A stretch of DNA of 64,000 bases. Source: an uncultured virus (IMG/VR IMGVR_UViG_3300037466_001622) (Duplodnaviria; Heunggongvirae; Uroviricota; Caudoviricetes). Both the position numbers and the translations under genes were made by a program. The notes beneath the pieces are model-generated. The model was given only the letters and a program-made list of their open reading frames with translations. It was not told the DNA's origin and made no database searches. Positions 1 to 9,142 of this stretch are shown in pieces (positions within the stretch are counted from its first letter, which is position 1; the number at the start of each line of letters is the position of its first letter). Where the stretch lies: the IMG/VR virus record IMGVR_UViG_3300037466_001622; one strand, 5' to 3'.

Positions 1-54
1 GTCCTAGGAGCGCCTGCACCCAAAGATGGATAGGGGGGGGGGGGGGTGGGGCGT

Positions 55-387
55 TTATATAGGCCATCCATCCACTCCATATGTCACGACCTGCTTGCCG
101 TGGTCTTCCATCTGGCCGCGGCTTGAGTGGCACGGCTTGCATGTGCTGATGAATGGACCCGACCAGAACTTGGCTACATCACCTTTGTGGCCGCCGTCCG
201 CATGATGGACCTCTGTTGCGGGCTCAACTATCTCTCGCTCGAGACACCACTCACATAGCGGATTCTGCGCTAGCTTAGATAGACGTAAGCGCTGCCAGCG
301 TGCCGTGTGATACAGACGCCTATATTCAACAGCTAGGCCGGACCTGGCGTCACGCCGCTTCGCACTTGAACTTGTTGACATTGTCAT
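55..387 (-). CDS. Packaging-associated HNH endonuclease (HK97 gp74-like)
   Basis: Y..ARWQRLR...NPLCEWC...ATEVHH...CKPCHS...GVDGWP pattern; terminal position upstream of the terminase on the circular map; start approximate. Confidence 0.85.
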   Translation of the reverse strand: MTMSTSSSAKRRDARSGLAVEYRRLYHTARWQRLRLSKLAQNPLCEWCLEREIVEPATEVHHADGGHKGDVAKFWSGPFISTCKPCHSSRGQMEDHGKQVVTYGVDGWPI

Positions 388-979
388 TTGCAGCGTTGAA
401 TAGGCGCAGTAGGAATGGATCATCCTTATGCTTGATGACCCAATGCATGAATAGACCTCTGTTCGCGTTGCACTGATGGCACGATGGAACGAGATTGGAT
501 ATGCAATTGTTCTCCTTGTCATTGTCAAGGTGGTCAACGACAAGCTTGCGTTTACCAATGGCACCCCATTCGACTATCTGAGCGCACCAATGACAAGAAT
601 GCTCACCTCCACCTATGGCGTCGTACAGCACCTGCCGGTGGTGATATAGAACTCCCGACTTCCCAGACATCGGATGTGATGGGCTATAAGAAATCACATA
701 TCCATGTGGCGCCACGAACTTGCGGCCAAATACCGGATCATCCGTTGTACCGTTTAGGTATCGCCTGTAGTAGTGCTTTTCGCACAGCTTTCCACCAATC
801 GTTCTAGATTGGTTATCGCATCCATCTATCGAACACGTAGCCCATATCCTTGCTGGCTTAGTAGGCAGGTCAAACGTTCCGTGCTTTAGCAGCCTTTGAT
901 AGTGCAGGCCACAAACGCTTGGTCCGTCACGGAACTTAGAGCGCGACTCTCTATCGCAATTTGGTGCTTCACACTTCAA
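350..979 (-). CDS. HNH homing-type endonuclease with N-terminal Cys/His repeats
   Basis: CxxxxC..C..HY repeats, then VVDHLDNDKENNCISNLVPSCHQCN. Confidence 0.85.
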   Translation of the reverse strand: MKCEAPNCDRESRSKFRDGPSVCGLHYQRLLKHGTFDLPTKPARIWATCSIDGCDNQSRTIGGKLCEKHYYRRYLNGTTDDPVFGRKFVAPHGYVISYSPSHPMSGKSGVLYHHRQVLYDAIGGGEHSCHWCAQIVEWGAIGKRKLVVDHLDNDKENNCISNLVPSCHQCNANRGLFMHWVIKHKDDPFLLRLFNAANDNVNKFKCEAA

Positions 980-1164
980 GGTCTCGACTCCTTGTCGACC
1001 TCATGTTGATAGCGGCGGACAGCATTAAGCCATCCGCCGCAGCGCTTACGAGAGGTCGAGAATCGCAAGCGGTTTAGTTGGTCGTCGGCGCCTATCGTAT
1101 GCACTCATGCGCCACCGTATGAACCACAACAGCAGCGCATTGAGCAGCCTCGATAATGATGATG

Positions 1165-1395
1165 TCACTCATCGTCGCCATCCCAATGCACCAACGCTTC
1201 CTCTGGATAGGCGTCGATGTTCATGCCTTTGTGGTCGTCATACCAAGCAACCTCAACGCACCCATGCTCGCATACGCTAAGCACTGTCATAAGCGGCGAG
1301 CCGGTAAGCAACTGCACGATGTCGCCAGGATAGAAGGCGTCGTCGGTAACGACAGGCTCAACGCTGAACCAAGGGCTGTTAATGTGTGCGTTCAT
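1165..1395 (-). CDS. YodC/DUF2158-like small protein
   Basis: FYPGDIVQLLTGSPLMTV...VAWYD...YPEEAL; RBS gaggag before ATG at 1395. Confidence 0.7.
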   Translation of the reverse strand: MNAHINSPWFSVEPVVTDDAFYPGDIVQLLTGSPLMTVLSVCEHGCVEVAWYDDHKGMNIDAYPEEALVHWDGDDE

Positions 1396-1825
1396 GTCCA
1401 ATCTCCTCTTGTGCCTTGGCGGGTTGTAAATGGTGCCGTTGCCGAGCATATCGGCTTGCCTGCTGCACGGCTGCAGCGCTCCACGGCGGCCAATACGCTA
1501 ACCGTACGGAGGAAGCGCGTGGCGTGGACGGGTCCGCATGACGCCGGTATCCGTACCCGGCTAAACGTCAGTGGCGGAGCACCGGCTCATAAGTTGGCCT
1601 TACGGCCAGAATTGAGCGCTGCCGGGAGCCTTTGTGTAAAAGCTCAACCGGCAGCGAAACCGCCTAACCGCAGCGAGAGGAGGCGCGCAGAAAGGCGATA
1701 GCTTTGAGGACCGTCGCGCGGACACATGCGAGCCTATAGCGTACCGCCAGCCGTACCGTTGCCTCAAACTGTTGGCAATCCTTGATTGCCTATATATAGG
1801 CAACCTGACGGCTATCTGTTACGTA

Positions 1826-2563
1826 TCAAGCGGCAATGTCCTTACGCGCTACAGGTCCAAGCGCATCGCGTATCGTTATTAGCGCTAGGTGGCATATGGC
1901 ACGTCCAGCGCCAGGCTTTCCGTCTCTGCTTGACGCGCCACTGGCGGCACCAACCTCCGCAAGCGTAGCTCCGTCGACGCATGCCATTTCGAACGGCTCG
2001 AGCGTCGGGCCAAGCAGCGACTGAAGCCAGGCTAGTTTTTCACGCGCGTCGATCGCATCGTTGATGGCTCTGTCGCCGGTCCACGGCTTAGGAACCGGCG
2101 CAGCGTTCTTTTTGCTGTCTGGGTTGGTCGGCGTGGATCTTGTAGGCGGAATGTCGGACGAGGCTCCTTTGCGCACAACCTCGCCGCCGTAAGAAATGCG
2201 TCCAGTGCTTTCGTCAATCGAACTGCGATGCACGATTGTCATGTCTGCGCTAGGCTGGCCCTTGATGCCAATAAGAACCTCGCTCTTTGCCATCTCGTAT
2301 GTCCTGCGGTAGGCCATAGCGTATTTCAGCAGTTCCGCATTGCCTTCCGCAAGGAGCGCCTTTGCTAGCGGCCAGTTGATATTGTCGTTATCGGCGGTGC
2401 CGTCCCAATCCTTGCCGAATGAGGCTCGCACAGCCAGGCGACGCTTCTGCGCATGAATGCCCGCCCGCTCGTCATCGCCATATGTCATGCGAGCCGGCAA
2501 TTCGTCGCCATATCCGAATACAATGCGCGTTCTCTTGTTGTCGCTTGTTGAGGCTGACGACAT
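1826..2563 (-). CDS. Putative late-gene transcription regulator (C-terminal HTH)
   Basis: C-terminal CVDGATLAEVG helix-turn-helix-like segment; position between replication and late genes; own operator-controlled promoter. Confidence 0.5.
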   Translation of the reverse strand: MSSASTSDNKRTRIVFGYGDELPARMTYGDDERAGIHAQKRRLAVRASFGKDWDGTADNDNINWPLAKALLAEGNAELLKYAMAYRRTYEMAKSEVLIGIKGQPSADMTIVHRSSIDESTGRISYGGEVVRKGASSDIPPTRSTPTNPDSKKNAAPVPKPWTGDRAINDAIDAREKLAWLQSLLGPTLEPFEMACVDGATLAEVGAASGASSRDGKPGAGRAICHLALITIRDALGPVARKDIAA

Positions 2564-2605
2564 TGTGTCCCCAAGATGTTGTGATTAGATTCGGGCTTGA
2601 CACAA

Positions 2606-2634
2606 CGTATAGGCGGAATCGCCTATAATGTCAA
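2606..2634 (-). promoter_or_regulatory. Sigma70-type promoter with operator in the spacer
   Basis: TTGACA-17-TATACG on minus; palindrome TAGGCGGAATCGCCTA at 2610-2625. Confidence 0.75.
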
Positions 2635-2637
2635 GCC

Positions 2638-2832
2638 TTAAGGCCGCTGAGGGCGCCAGCCACTATCTAGCGCCTGCATGACTAGCGCCAACAGGCGCGG
2701 CACTGGTCGAGGATTGGTTGTGCGTTCGAATTCGCTAACGCGCATGGGCGAGCCGTAGTCAAGAAACGCAGCAAGCTCCGCTTGGGTCATTCCCAAACGG
2801 AGCCGGATTTCGCGGAATTCTTGGTTGGTCAT
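2638..2832 (-). CDS. XRE-family HTH protein
   Basis: MTNQEFREIRLRLGMTQAELAAFLDY...VSEFE. Confidence 0.8.
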   Translation of the reverse strand: MTNQEFREIRLRLGMTQAELAAFLDYGSPMRVSEFERTTNPRPVPRLLALVMQALDSGWRPQRP

Positions 2833-3035
2833 GCGGCGACCAAGGAACAAATTACAGATCCGTCGACAGTCCTGTCTGATGAAACCGGTAGCATGTAACT
2901 TGAACCGTTTGCTTTTGTGATGCGCAATAATGTCGCCGACCCTCGTACAGCGTTTGCGCGAACCTCTCGCATTGCGAGTCCTGCTTCGCGCAGTTGGCGT
3001 TTAGCTTGCCGCAAGGTGATTTGCATTTTTGCCAT
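2829..3035 (-). CDS. Hypothetical protein
   Basis: RBS aagga, ATGA overlap with the downstream HTH gene. Confidence 0.55.
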   Translation of the reverse strand: MAKMQITLRQAKRQLREAGLAMREVRANAVRGSATLLRITKANGSSYMLPVSSDRTVDGSVICSLVAA

Positions 3036-3037
3036 CC

Positions 3038-3259
3038 TTAGTTGGCGCCGATGCGTGAGCGAACGACATAGCGAACGTTCTTTTCATAAATGCGCGTTTG
3101 CGAGAAGTAGAGGTAGTCCAGATCGTTGCCATACTTCTTTTCGAAGGCTGCAACCGCCTTTTCTCCGTCAAAGGTGTGAAGGCCAACAACCGCCTTTGCA
3201 TCGCGCAGGAGGGCCGCCTTGATGTCGTTGAACTTCGCGGTGGCGGCTTCGTTGGTCAT
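3038..3259 (-). CDS. Hypothetical protein
   Basis: RBS aaggag before ATG 3259; tight spacing to the next ORF. Confidence 0.65.
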   Translation of the reverse strand: MTNEAATAKFNDIKAALLRDAKAVVGLHTFDGEKAVAAFEKKYGNDLDYLYFSQTRIYEKNVRYVVRSRIGAN

Positions 3260-3320
3260 TTCCGTATCTCCTTCGTTGTTGAGATACTTGTAGCGCATCT
3301 GCGTTAGTAGCGCAATAGCG

Positions 3321-3821
3321 TTATGCAGCTTTTTTCAAACTATTTTCGTTGCCGCTTATTGAGGCCAACCATCCCCGCACAATCGCCTCGCTAGCGTCGG
3401 CGCATTCCGCAGCGCTCTCAGCCTTGACCAATTCGACCTTATGGCCGATCGCGGCTAGCGCCGCATGCCTGTGCGTCTGCTCCGGCGACAGACGACCCTT
3501 TGCCGCCTTGTACTCAATCAAGCCACAGCGACCGCCAGGCAAGAACACGGTCAGGTCGGGATGGCCAGCCGTCAAGCCGGTAGCTAGCGCCTTGGCCGCC
3601 TCGTTGCGTCCGCGCTTGCCGGCCTCCATGCCGCCAACAAGAAGGAACTGCCTGCCGTACTCATCCATGCCACGCAGCCTACGCACCGCGGCCGCCTGTA
3701 ATTCCCACTCGAGCGGCGCTGCCGGCTTAACCGTGACCTTGCCGTTGCGGGTGGTGAGCCGAACGCGGGCGCCGTTGATGCGGACGGTTTGGATGGTGGT
3801 GGATTTGGTCGATGTTTTCAT
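3321..3821 (-). CDS. VRR-NUC domain nuclease
   Basis: GLTAGHPDL...LIEYKAAKGRLSPEQ motif. Confidence 0.9.
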   Translation of the reverse strand: MKTSTKSTTIQTVRINGARVRLTTRNGKVTVKPAAPLEWELQAAAVRRLRGMDEYGRQFLLVGGMEAGKRGRNEAAKALATGLTAGHPDLTVFLPGGRCGLIEYKAAKGRLSPEQTHRHAALAAIGHKVELVKAESAAECADASEAIVRGWLASISGNENSLKKAA

Positions 3822-3844
3822 TTCTTTCTTTCCCCCTACAAGCA

Positions 3845-4107
3845 CCCATACACGACACCCCTCCTAAAGGAGGGGGTGTGTATGTATGGGTTGATGCTCA
3901 GGTTTAATATATGGCCATACATCAATGTATGGGTGTGTATGGGTTGATTGATAAGTTGTTGTTTTCTCTTTATTTATTGCCCATACATACACACATACAC
4001 ACCCATACACGCAATCGCTTGATATGCTGAATTTTGCTATACGCAACCGCTGATATTGTATGGGATGGTTTGTGCAACTCTAGATGATGTATGTATGGGT
4101 GTATGGC
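3845..4107. repeat. Iteron-like CCATAC/GTATGG cluster; putative replication origin
   Basis: About ten CCATAC copies in both orientations around an AT-rich core, directly downstream of the primase-helicase. Confidence 0.65.
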
Positions 4108-4119
4108 TGCGTGTACGGT

Positions 4120-6267
4120 CTAAGCGCGTTCGATTGTGGGCCAGACCCAAATACTGCTCTCTCCCACCTTCTTCTTCTTAATGAGGCTCTTGCTTACGCG
4201 CTTGAACGTCGCCTGCTTGGTGGGTTGCAGCATATCGCCTAGCGCCTCGTAAAAGGCATCGCGCCAAGCATCGCAGGAGACCAATTTCGTGTCTTCCGGC
4301 AAGCCGTGCATACCCGGCGATTCTTCTCCATCTTCCTGCATTTCCATCAGCAGAATTAGCGCTCGCTCTTCATGCGACGATGCCTCCGCCAGGCTTTTCG
4401 CCGCACCATCTGACGCCACCTTAAGCACGACCGGTGCTGTCGTCGGTTCGCCATCCTCATCAACGCCAAGCCCGACAGACTTCATTGCAAACGCCAACAC
4501 TTCGCCCTCTTCGCCGTCGTTTGTTCCATCACAAACCAGCTTGTAGGATCCGCCACTCTTCTTCACCATGAAACTGGCATCGACGGCCCCATCTAGGTCA
4601 ATAGCTCCCTTTCCGCGGTCGCCTGACCATGACGAGTGATGAATGGCTGTAACGTGCGCTTTTGTTTCCATCAGGATTTCATCGCATGAACTGACAAACT
4701 TGGTCATGTCTTTGGATGCATTCTGATCGCCGCCTCCAAACACGCGCGTAAGCGTGTCGATAATAACCCACACGCATTCAGTATTGGTCTCTATTTCTGC
4801 CTTCTTGATCTCGGCAATTAGCTCGCGAACATCCTTTAGGTCTTTCGTGAAGTCGAGTCGCCCTCCTATGACCAGCAATGGAACATCCTGCACCCCGTGT
4901 TCCTTACGGAACGCCATCATGCGCCGCTCTGTTAGCTTCTTGCGCTCAGCCGCGACGTAAACGACCAATCCTGGTTTTACTCGTCTACCGTGCCAATCCT
5001 TGCCGCACGCAACGTGGCAAGCCATGTCGGTAACAATGACGCTCTTGCCGGTGCCTGGCAGGCCGCTAATCGTGGTGAATTCTCGCTCACCAAGAACGCC
5101 CTTGATAAACGTTACCTTCGGCTCGCCTTCTTTTATGTTGTCAAACCATGTCAGATCGAACCGTTCGCGCTTCTTTGGCGCCGTCCCTTGCGGTGAATCC
5201 TCCCTGGGCTCATCCTCCGGCGCGCTTTCCGTAGGCGCCTCGTCCTGCGCGTCCGTCTTCTTGTTTTTTGCCAGGAGCTTGGACGTGTCCATTAGCTTGG
5301 TGTTGTCGTTCTGATATTCTCGTTCCTTGATGACGCGGGGAGCCTTGATGCCGTCATCCAGGCCGCGCTTGATACGCGCGAGCGTCTGTTTTTCACCGTC
5401 CTTTCGCAGCACACCGTTGTGCGCTGCGCCGCGGTAGAGCTCGTCCTCGGCAATATCTCGAGACAAGACGCCAGCGCCGACCAACTGCCCAAGAGAATAC
5501 GCAGAGGCGTTCAATTGCGACCCGCGATTGCCAACCGTCGCAGAAGCGAGTTTGGAGATTTCAGACTCCATCGCCGTGTTCACATACGGCGCAAGATCGC
5601 GCTGCGTATAGGTGTAGTCGCGGCGTGGCTGCTCCACTTCCTTCTTTGGCAAAAGCAGGTCGAGTAGCCACTGCGGCGTATCGGCAAAGTCCGGAATGCC
5701 AAACGGCTCGTATGGTTGCCCGTCAGCGTCTATCCATGTGTATTTGCGACCGTCAGCCATGACGGATCCGGGCCCAACGATGTACCCATCTTGGCCTCTC
5801 GTGTCCACGCCCGGCGCTATGGCGGCGCGGTTGCGAATTCCTTCCACGTTCTTGAAAAATACGTGCGTTCCGCCGTTCGCCGTCCGCGCCCTGGCTGTTT
5901 CCGGCAACGCGCCATGCTTGGTCTCCATATCGGCAAGCCACGCATGGCCGTCGCGATCGCCGTGCTTGTCAAGATCAAGCACCCACGCCCCTAACGGCTC
6001 GCCAGTAGGGAGTCCAATGAGCGCGTTTGGGTGTCGCTCGTTAAACCAAATGCCGACGATGCGCTCGGAACGCGTGGCGCCCTTCAGGCCATTGGACGTG
6101 TAGGGTGATTTTTCTGGCCGCGTGATGATCTCGCCGGTTGCCTGGTCGACTTCGTCTATCTCTACCTCATGGCAAGGGAAGACGGGGATACCGGCCGCGA
6201 TGTAGGAGCGAGCGACATCATATGGCGTTTCGACACCTGACGGCACCTTGAAGTTGATTTTTGCCAT
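4120..6267 (-). CDS. Bifunctional primase-polymerase fused to RecA-type (AAA_25) helicase
   Basis: N-terminal VFPC...VLDLD...TANGGTHVFF prim-pol motifs; Walker A GLPGTGKS; Walker B IIDT. Confidence 0.92.
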   Translation of the reverse strand: MAKINFKVPSGVETPYDVARSYIAAGIPVFPCHEVEIDEVDQATGEIITRPEKSPYTSNGLKGATRSERIVGIWFNERHPNALIGLPTGEPLGAWVLDLDKHGDRDGHAWLADMETKHGALPETARARTANGGTHVFFKNVEGIRNRAAIAPGVDTRGQDGYIVGPGSVMADGRKYTWIDADGQPYEPFGIPDFADTPQWLLDLLLPKKEVEQPRRDYTYTQRDLAPYVNTAMESEISKLASATVGNRGSQLNASAYSLGQLVGAGVLSRDIAEDELYRGAAHNGVLRKDGEKQTLARIKRGLDDGIKAPRVIKEREYQNDNTKLMDTSKLLAKNKKTDAQDEAPTESAPEDEPREDSPQGTAPKKRERFDLTWFDNIKEGEPKVTFIKGVLGEREFTTISGLPGTGKSVIVTDMACHVACGKDWHGRRVKPGLVVYVAAERKKLTERRMMAFRKEHGVQDVPLLVIGGRLDFTKDLKDVRELIAEIKKAEIETNTECVWVIIDTLTRVFGGGDQNASKDMTKFVSSCDEILMETKAHVTAIHHSSWSGDRGKGAIDLDGAVDASFMVKKSGGSYKLVCDGTNDGEEGEVLAFAMKSVGLGVDEDGEPTTAPVVLKVASDGAAKSLAEASSHEERALILLMEMQEDGEESPGMHGLPEDTKLVSCDAWRDAFYEALGDMLQPTKQATFKRVSKSLIKKKKVGESSIWVWPTIERA

Positions 6268-6863
6268 TAGGCTGCGGTCCTTGTCGCTTCAATGATGTGC
6301 GAAATTGCGGTGTTTGCGCTAATCGCGAACCATTCTCCGTTCCTTCGCTTATTGGCGAAGTGGATGTGCGCGGCGCCCTCTATCTCATTCGCGTTCTTGG
6401 CGTATCTGGTGAATTCAAGACGCAGCGAATGCGGGCTTGATGTCGACAACGTCTGCAAACGCTTCTCAGGCGAGCGAGCAATACCAATCTTGCAAAGTGT
6501 GTCGCCGCTATCCTGGCACGATATCACATAGACGAAGCGGCCGCTTTTCTCTGGCTTCTCCTCCTGTTTGGCTGCGGCAACCACTGGTTTCGGTCTACGC
6601 TTAGGCGCAGGGTTTAGTATCAGTTCAACAATATCCCATGCCGCAGCACTTATCGTCTTCCCGTGGAAGTCAGATGTGTCGTCAGGTGACGGAACCTCGC
6701 AGGCTACTGACAGGTAAGAAAACGCCTTTTGTCCCTTCTCTTGCATGTGCGCGATCGGGTGCTCTAGTGTAATCTCAAGCACCTTTCCGCACGCCGTCTT
6801 GAAGCGTGCTATTGAAAGGTTGGGCGCCGGTTTCTCGAATTCGGAATCCACTATCTCATACAT
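6267..6863 (-). CDS. GIY-YIG-like (T5orf172/Mug113) nuclease domain protein
   Basis: FVYVI...KIGIARSPEKRLQTL...E..AH...NGEWF. Confidence 0.85.
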   Translation of the reverse strand: MYEIVDSEFEKPAPNLSIARFKTACGKVLEITLEHPIAHMQEKGQKAFSYLSVACEVPSPDDTSDFHGKTISAAAWDIVELILNPAPKRRPKPVVAAAKQEEKPEKSGRFVYVISCQDSGDTLCKIGIARSPEKRLQTLSTSSPHSLRLEFTRYAKNANEIEGAAHIHFANKRRNGEWFAISANTAISHIIEATRTAA

Positions 6864-6864
6864 T

Positions 6865-8001
6865 CTATGCTGCTGCCTTTGCGGCTTGTGGTGCGTTGTC
6901 GTTGGCGGCTGTGGGCGAGATGGCCGTTAACGCGCGCTCTACGCGCAAGATTGCGCGGCCGATTGCTTCGGGGATTTGCGGGAGGACTGCGTCGCCGAAG
7001 GCTTCGACGATGAGACCAGCTGCAGATGTCCCTCTTGGACCGCCGACTGCAATGCGCGACTGAGCCACCCACTCGGATAGCCCATCATCCACCCGTGGGT
7101 GATAGGCAAGGCCGCCGTTCCAGTCAGCCCATGGCTCTGGAGTAGGCTTGCCAGCGCCCTCGCGCCCGCCCATTTCGCCATCGACGGAGCCGTGAGGTTG
7201 CCCTTCGCTGTTGGGGTTAGGGACAGTTGATGCCGTACCGTCCCCATGCGACCCGTGTCGCCGTGACCGCCCGCCTTCATGTCCGACGCCCTGGGCGCCG
7301 GCATTCCCGCATGTTTCGACGGGTAGCCCCTCAACTGGCTCAACACGTCGCCGCGACCACCCCTGTCCGCATCCGTCTTGCGAGGCGTTGCTCGCAACGC
7401 CTCTTTCCCTGTCAGCAGGGAATTCAGCGACGGCCTCACCGGTCCAGTCCGGCCAGCCGCTCCGCCCTGATCGCTCCCGTACGAAGTTGCGGTCAGCGTC
7501 GGCAATTGAGAATCCAATGAGCCAGGATCGCTTGCGCTCGTGGTTGGCCCCGACGTCTCCAGCACTAACCACGAATGGCCAGCAGGTGTAGCCGATTGCC
7601 GCCAATGCATCGATGATCCGGTCTGCGCCTCGAGTTCTGAGATTAGCGCTATTTTCAAGAGCGAACCAACGAGGTCGGCATTCGTCAATGAGCCGGACGG
7701 CTTCGAAGTAGAGTCCGCTCCGCTCGCCGTCGACGCCTTTGCCTTTTGTGTTGGCGCTTGAGATATCCTGGCACGGAGGCGAGCCGACGATGACGTCGGG
7801 AAGTCCAACACCATCCCGAATAAGTCTGCCTGCGGTAAGTGTGGTGACGTCGTCATAGACCGGCACTCCTGGGTTGTTCTGTGAGTAGAGCGCGCGTCGC
7901 CAATCAATGACTTCGCAAGCCGCGATCGTGCAAAAGCCGGCGCGATGCATCCCAAGGGACCACCCACCGGCTGCCGCGCTGAATAGGTCTAGGACTTTCA
8001 A
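6865..8001 (-). CDS. DNA (cytosine-5) methyltransferase, alpha polypeptide
   Basis: LDLFS..GG (I), PPCQDIS (IV), LENS (VI), HERKR (VIII), GDAVLPQ (X); TTG start with ggagg RBS overlapping the upstream stop. Confidence 0.9.
   Translation of the reverse strand: MKVLDLFSAAAGGWSLGMHRAGFCTIAACEVIDWRRALYSQNNPGVPVYDDVTTLTAGRLIRDGVGLPDVIVGSPPCQDISSANTKGKGVDGERSGLYFEAVRLIDECRPRWFALENSANLRTRGADRIIDALAAIGYTCWPFVVSAGDVGANHERKRSWLIGFSIADADRNFVRERSGRSGWPDWTGEAVAEFPADRERGVASNASQDGCGQGWSRRRVEPVEGLPVETCGNAGAQGVGHEGGRSRRHGSHGDGTASTVPNPNSEGQPHGSVDGEMGGREGAGKPTPEPWADWNGGLAYHPRVDDGLSEWVAQSRIAVGGPRGTSAAGLIVEAFGDAVLPQIPEAIGRAILRVERALTAISPTAANDNAPQAAKAAA
6939..7856 (-). CDS. Overlapping-frame methyltransferase beta polypeptide (motif IX carrier)
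   Basis: 305-codon nested ORF with AGGAG RBS; GWMMGYPSGW resembles motif IX, which is missing from the alpha frame. Confidence 0.7.
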   Translation of the reverse strand: MTTSPHLPQADLFGMVLDFPTSSSARLRARISQAPTQKAKASTASGADSTSKPSGSLTNADLVGSLLKIALISELEAQTGSSMHWRQSATPAGHSWLVLETSGPTTSASDPGSLDSQLPTLTATSYGSDQGGAAGRTGPVRPSLNSLLTGKEALRATPRKTDADRGGRGDVLSQLRGYPSKHAGMPAPRASDMKAGGHGDTGRMGTVRHQLSLTPTAKGNLTAPSMAKWAGARALASLLQSHGLTGTAALPITHGWMMGYPSGWLSRALQSAVQEGHLQLVSSSKPSATQSSRKSPKQSAAQSCA

Positions 8002-8339
8002 AACGGCGCCTCCGTCCTCACCAACCGCCTCAATTCCGCGGCGCATCCATCCCAAATCGTGCCGCAGAACTTCAGCACCTGCTCTTCCGACCATTCGGCC
8101 AGGTCGCTGCCCCACTCCTCGACAAGCGGGCCAGCCGCGGCCATGCCGCCTTGTCTTGCGCGGATTTCGTAGGCGTCGGCGCGCCTGATCTTCTTGAAGT
8201 CCTCGAGGATTAGCGAGCATTCAGCGCAGAGCCACTTTGGGTCGGTATCGCGGCTATGCGTGAAACCGATCCCGATGCCGATGGCGTGCTTGCCGCAGAA
8301 GTGGCAGTCGGCTGGTGTGTGTTTGTCGGTGGTTGTCAT
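7998..8339 (-). CDS. Cys-motif hypothetical phage protein (DUF6511-like)
   Basis: CHFC...CAEC, DLAEWSEEQ; coupled to both neighbours. Confidence 0.65.
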   Translation of the reverse strand: MTTTDKHTPADCHFCGKHAIGIGIGFTHSRDTDPKWLCAECSLILEDFKKIRRADAYEIRARQGGMAAAGPLVEEWGSDLAEWSEEQVLKFCGTIWDGCAAELRRLVRTEAPF

Positions 8340-9142
8340 GCTGCCTCCTGTTGCTGCGCAACCGGAGGGTTGTCGTTCGCAAACATGTCGAGCGGCTTCA
8401 CCTTCTTGGGTCGGTCAGCAAACATGTCGCCCTGCGCATATGCTTTAGTGATGCGCTCGCACGCGACGTCGAAGTACTTGGCGTCCAGTTCAATGCCGAT
8501 GAACTTGCGGCCCATCCTGGCGCAGGCAACTCCGGTCGTGCCGCTGCCCATGAACGGGTCGAGGATGGTTTCGCCGACACTGGTGAAGTCGGCCAGCAGT
8601 TCTGCCATGAGGCGCCATGGCTTCTCCGTCGGATGGCGATGATCCCTATCGGATGGATTTGTCAGGTGCGTGTAGACACCGCGCTTGCCGCCAGCGTTCC
8701 AGCGCGCATGACCCTTGCCAGCCCAAGCGCAGACAAAGTTTTCGGCACCCATGGCCGGACCCTGGCCGTTAAGTTGCGGCGTGCCGTCCGGCTTTATCCA
8801 AACGCAGGCGCGCTTGTATTTCATCGTGCTTGCGTTGACGGCGTCGGCCCACCTTCCGACGCCTTCTGGCGTGCAAAAGACAATAAACCATCCGCCGCAA
8901 AGTTTCTCTGCAGCCTTAATGAATGGCTCGCGGATGCCGTCAATGGAAGCGAAGTTTAGAGCCTCGAGTTCGTTGCCGCCATCGGTGCGTAAATGCTTCC
9001 GATGCCTGAATTTTGCTTCGTGCATAAACGCTTCATACGGCGGATCCGAAATCACATGGCTAACCGAGCCAAGCGTCGTCATCACCTCAAGGCAATCACC
9101 ATTGTACAGCGTGCAATCGCCGATGGTTTCAACGCGCATCAA
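8336..9142 (-). CDS. DNA N6-adenine/N4-cytosine methyltransferase (beta class)
   Basis: SDPPY, HPTEKP, ILDPFMGSGTT. Confidence 0.95.
   Translation of the reverse strand: MMRVETIGDCTLYNGDCLEVMTTLGSVSHVISDPPYEAFMHEAKFRHRKHLRTDGGNELEALNFASIDGIREPFIKAAEKLCGGWFIVFCTPEGVGRWADAVNASTMKYKRACVWIKPDGTPQLNGQGPAMGAENFVCAWAGKGHARWNAGGKRGVYTHLTNPSDRDHRHPTEKPWRLMAELLADFTSVGETILDPFMGSGTTGVACARMGRKFIGIELDAKYFDVACERITKAYAQGDMFADRPKKVKPLDMFANDNPPVAQQQEAA

Noticed and set aside
1651..1666. Twelfth operator site
   Set aside because: One half-site is good but the other has several mismatches, there is no promoter in register, and it overlaps a hairpin
2638..3259. Toxin-antitoxin pair
   Set aside because: HTH gene is present but the neighbours show no recognisable toxin motif
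6865..9142. Restriction-modification system
   Set aside because: No clear cognate restriction enzyme; orphan methylases in a replication operon are the simpler reading
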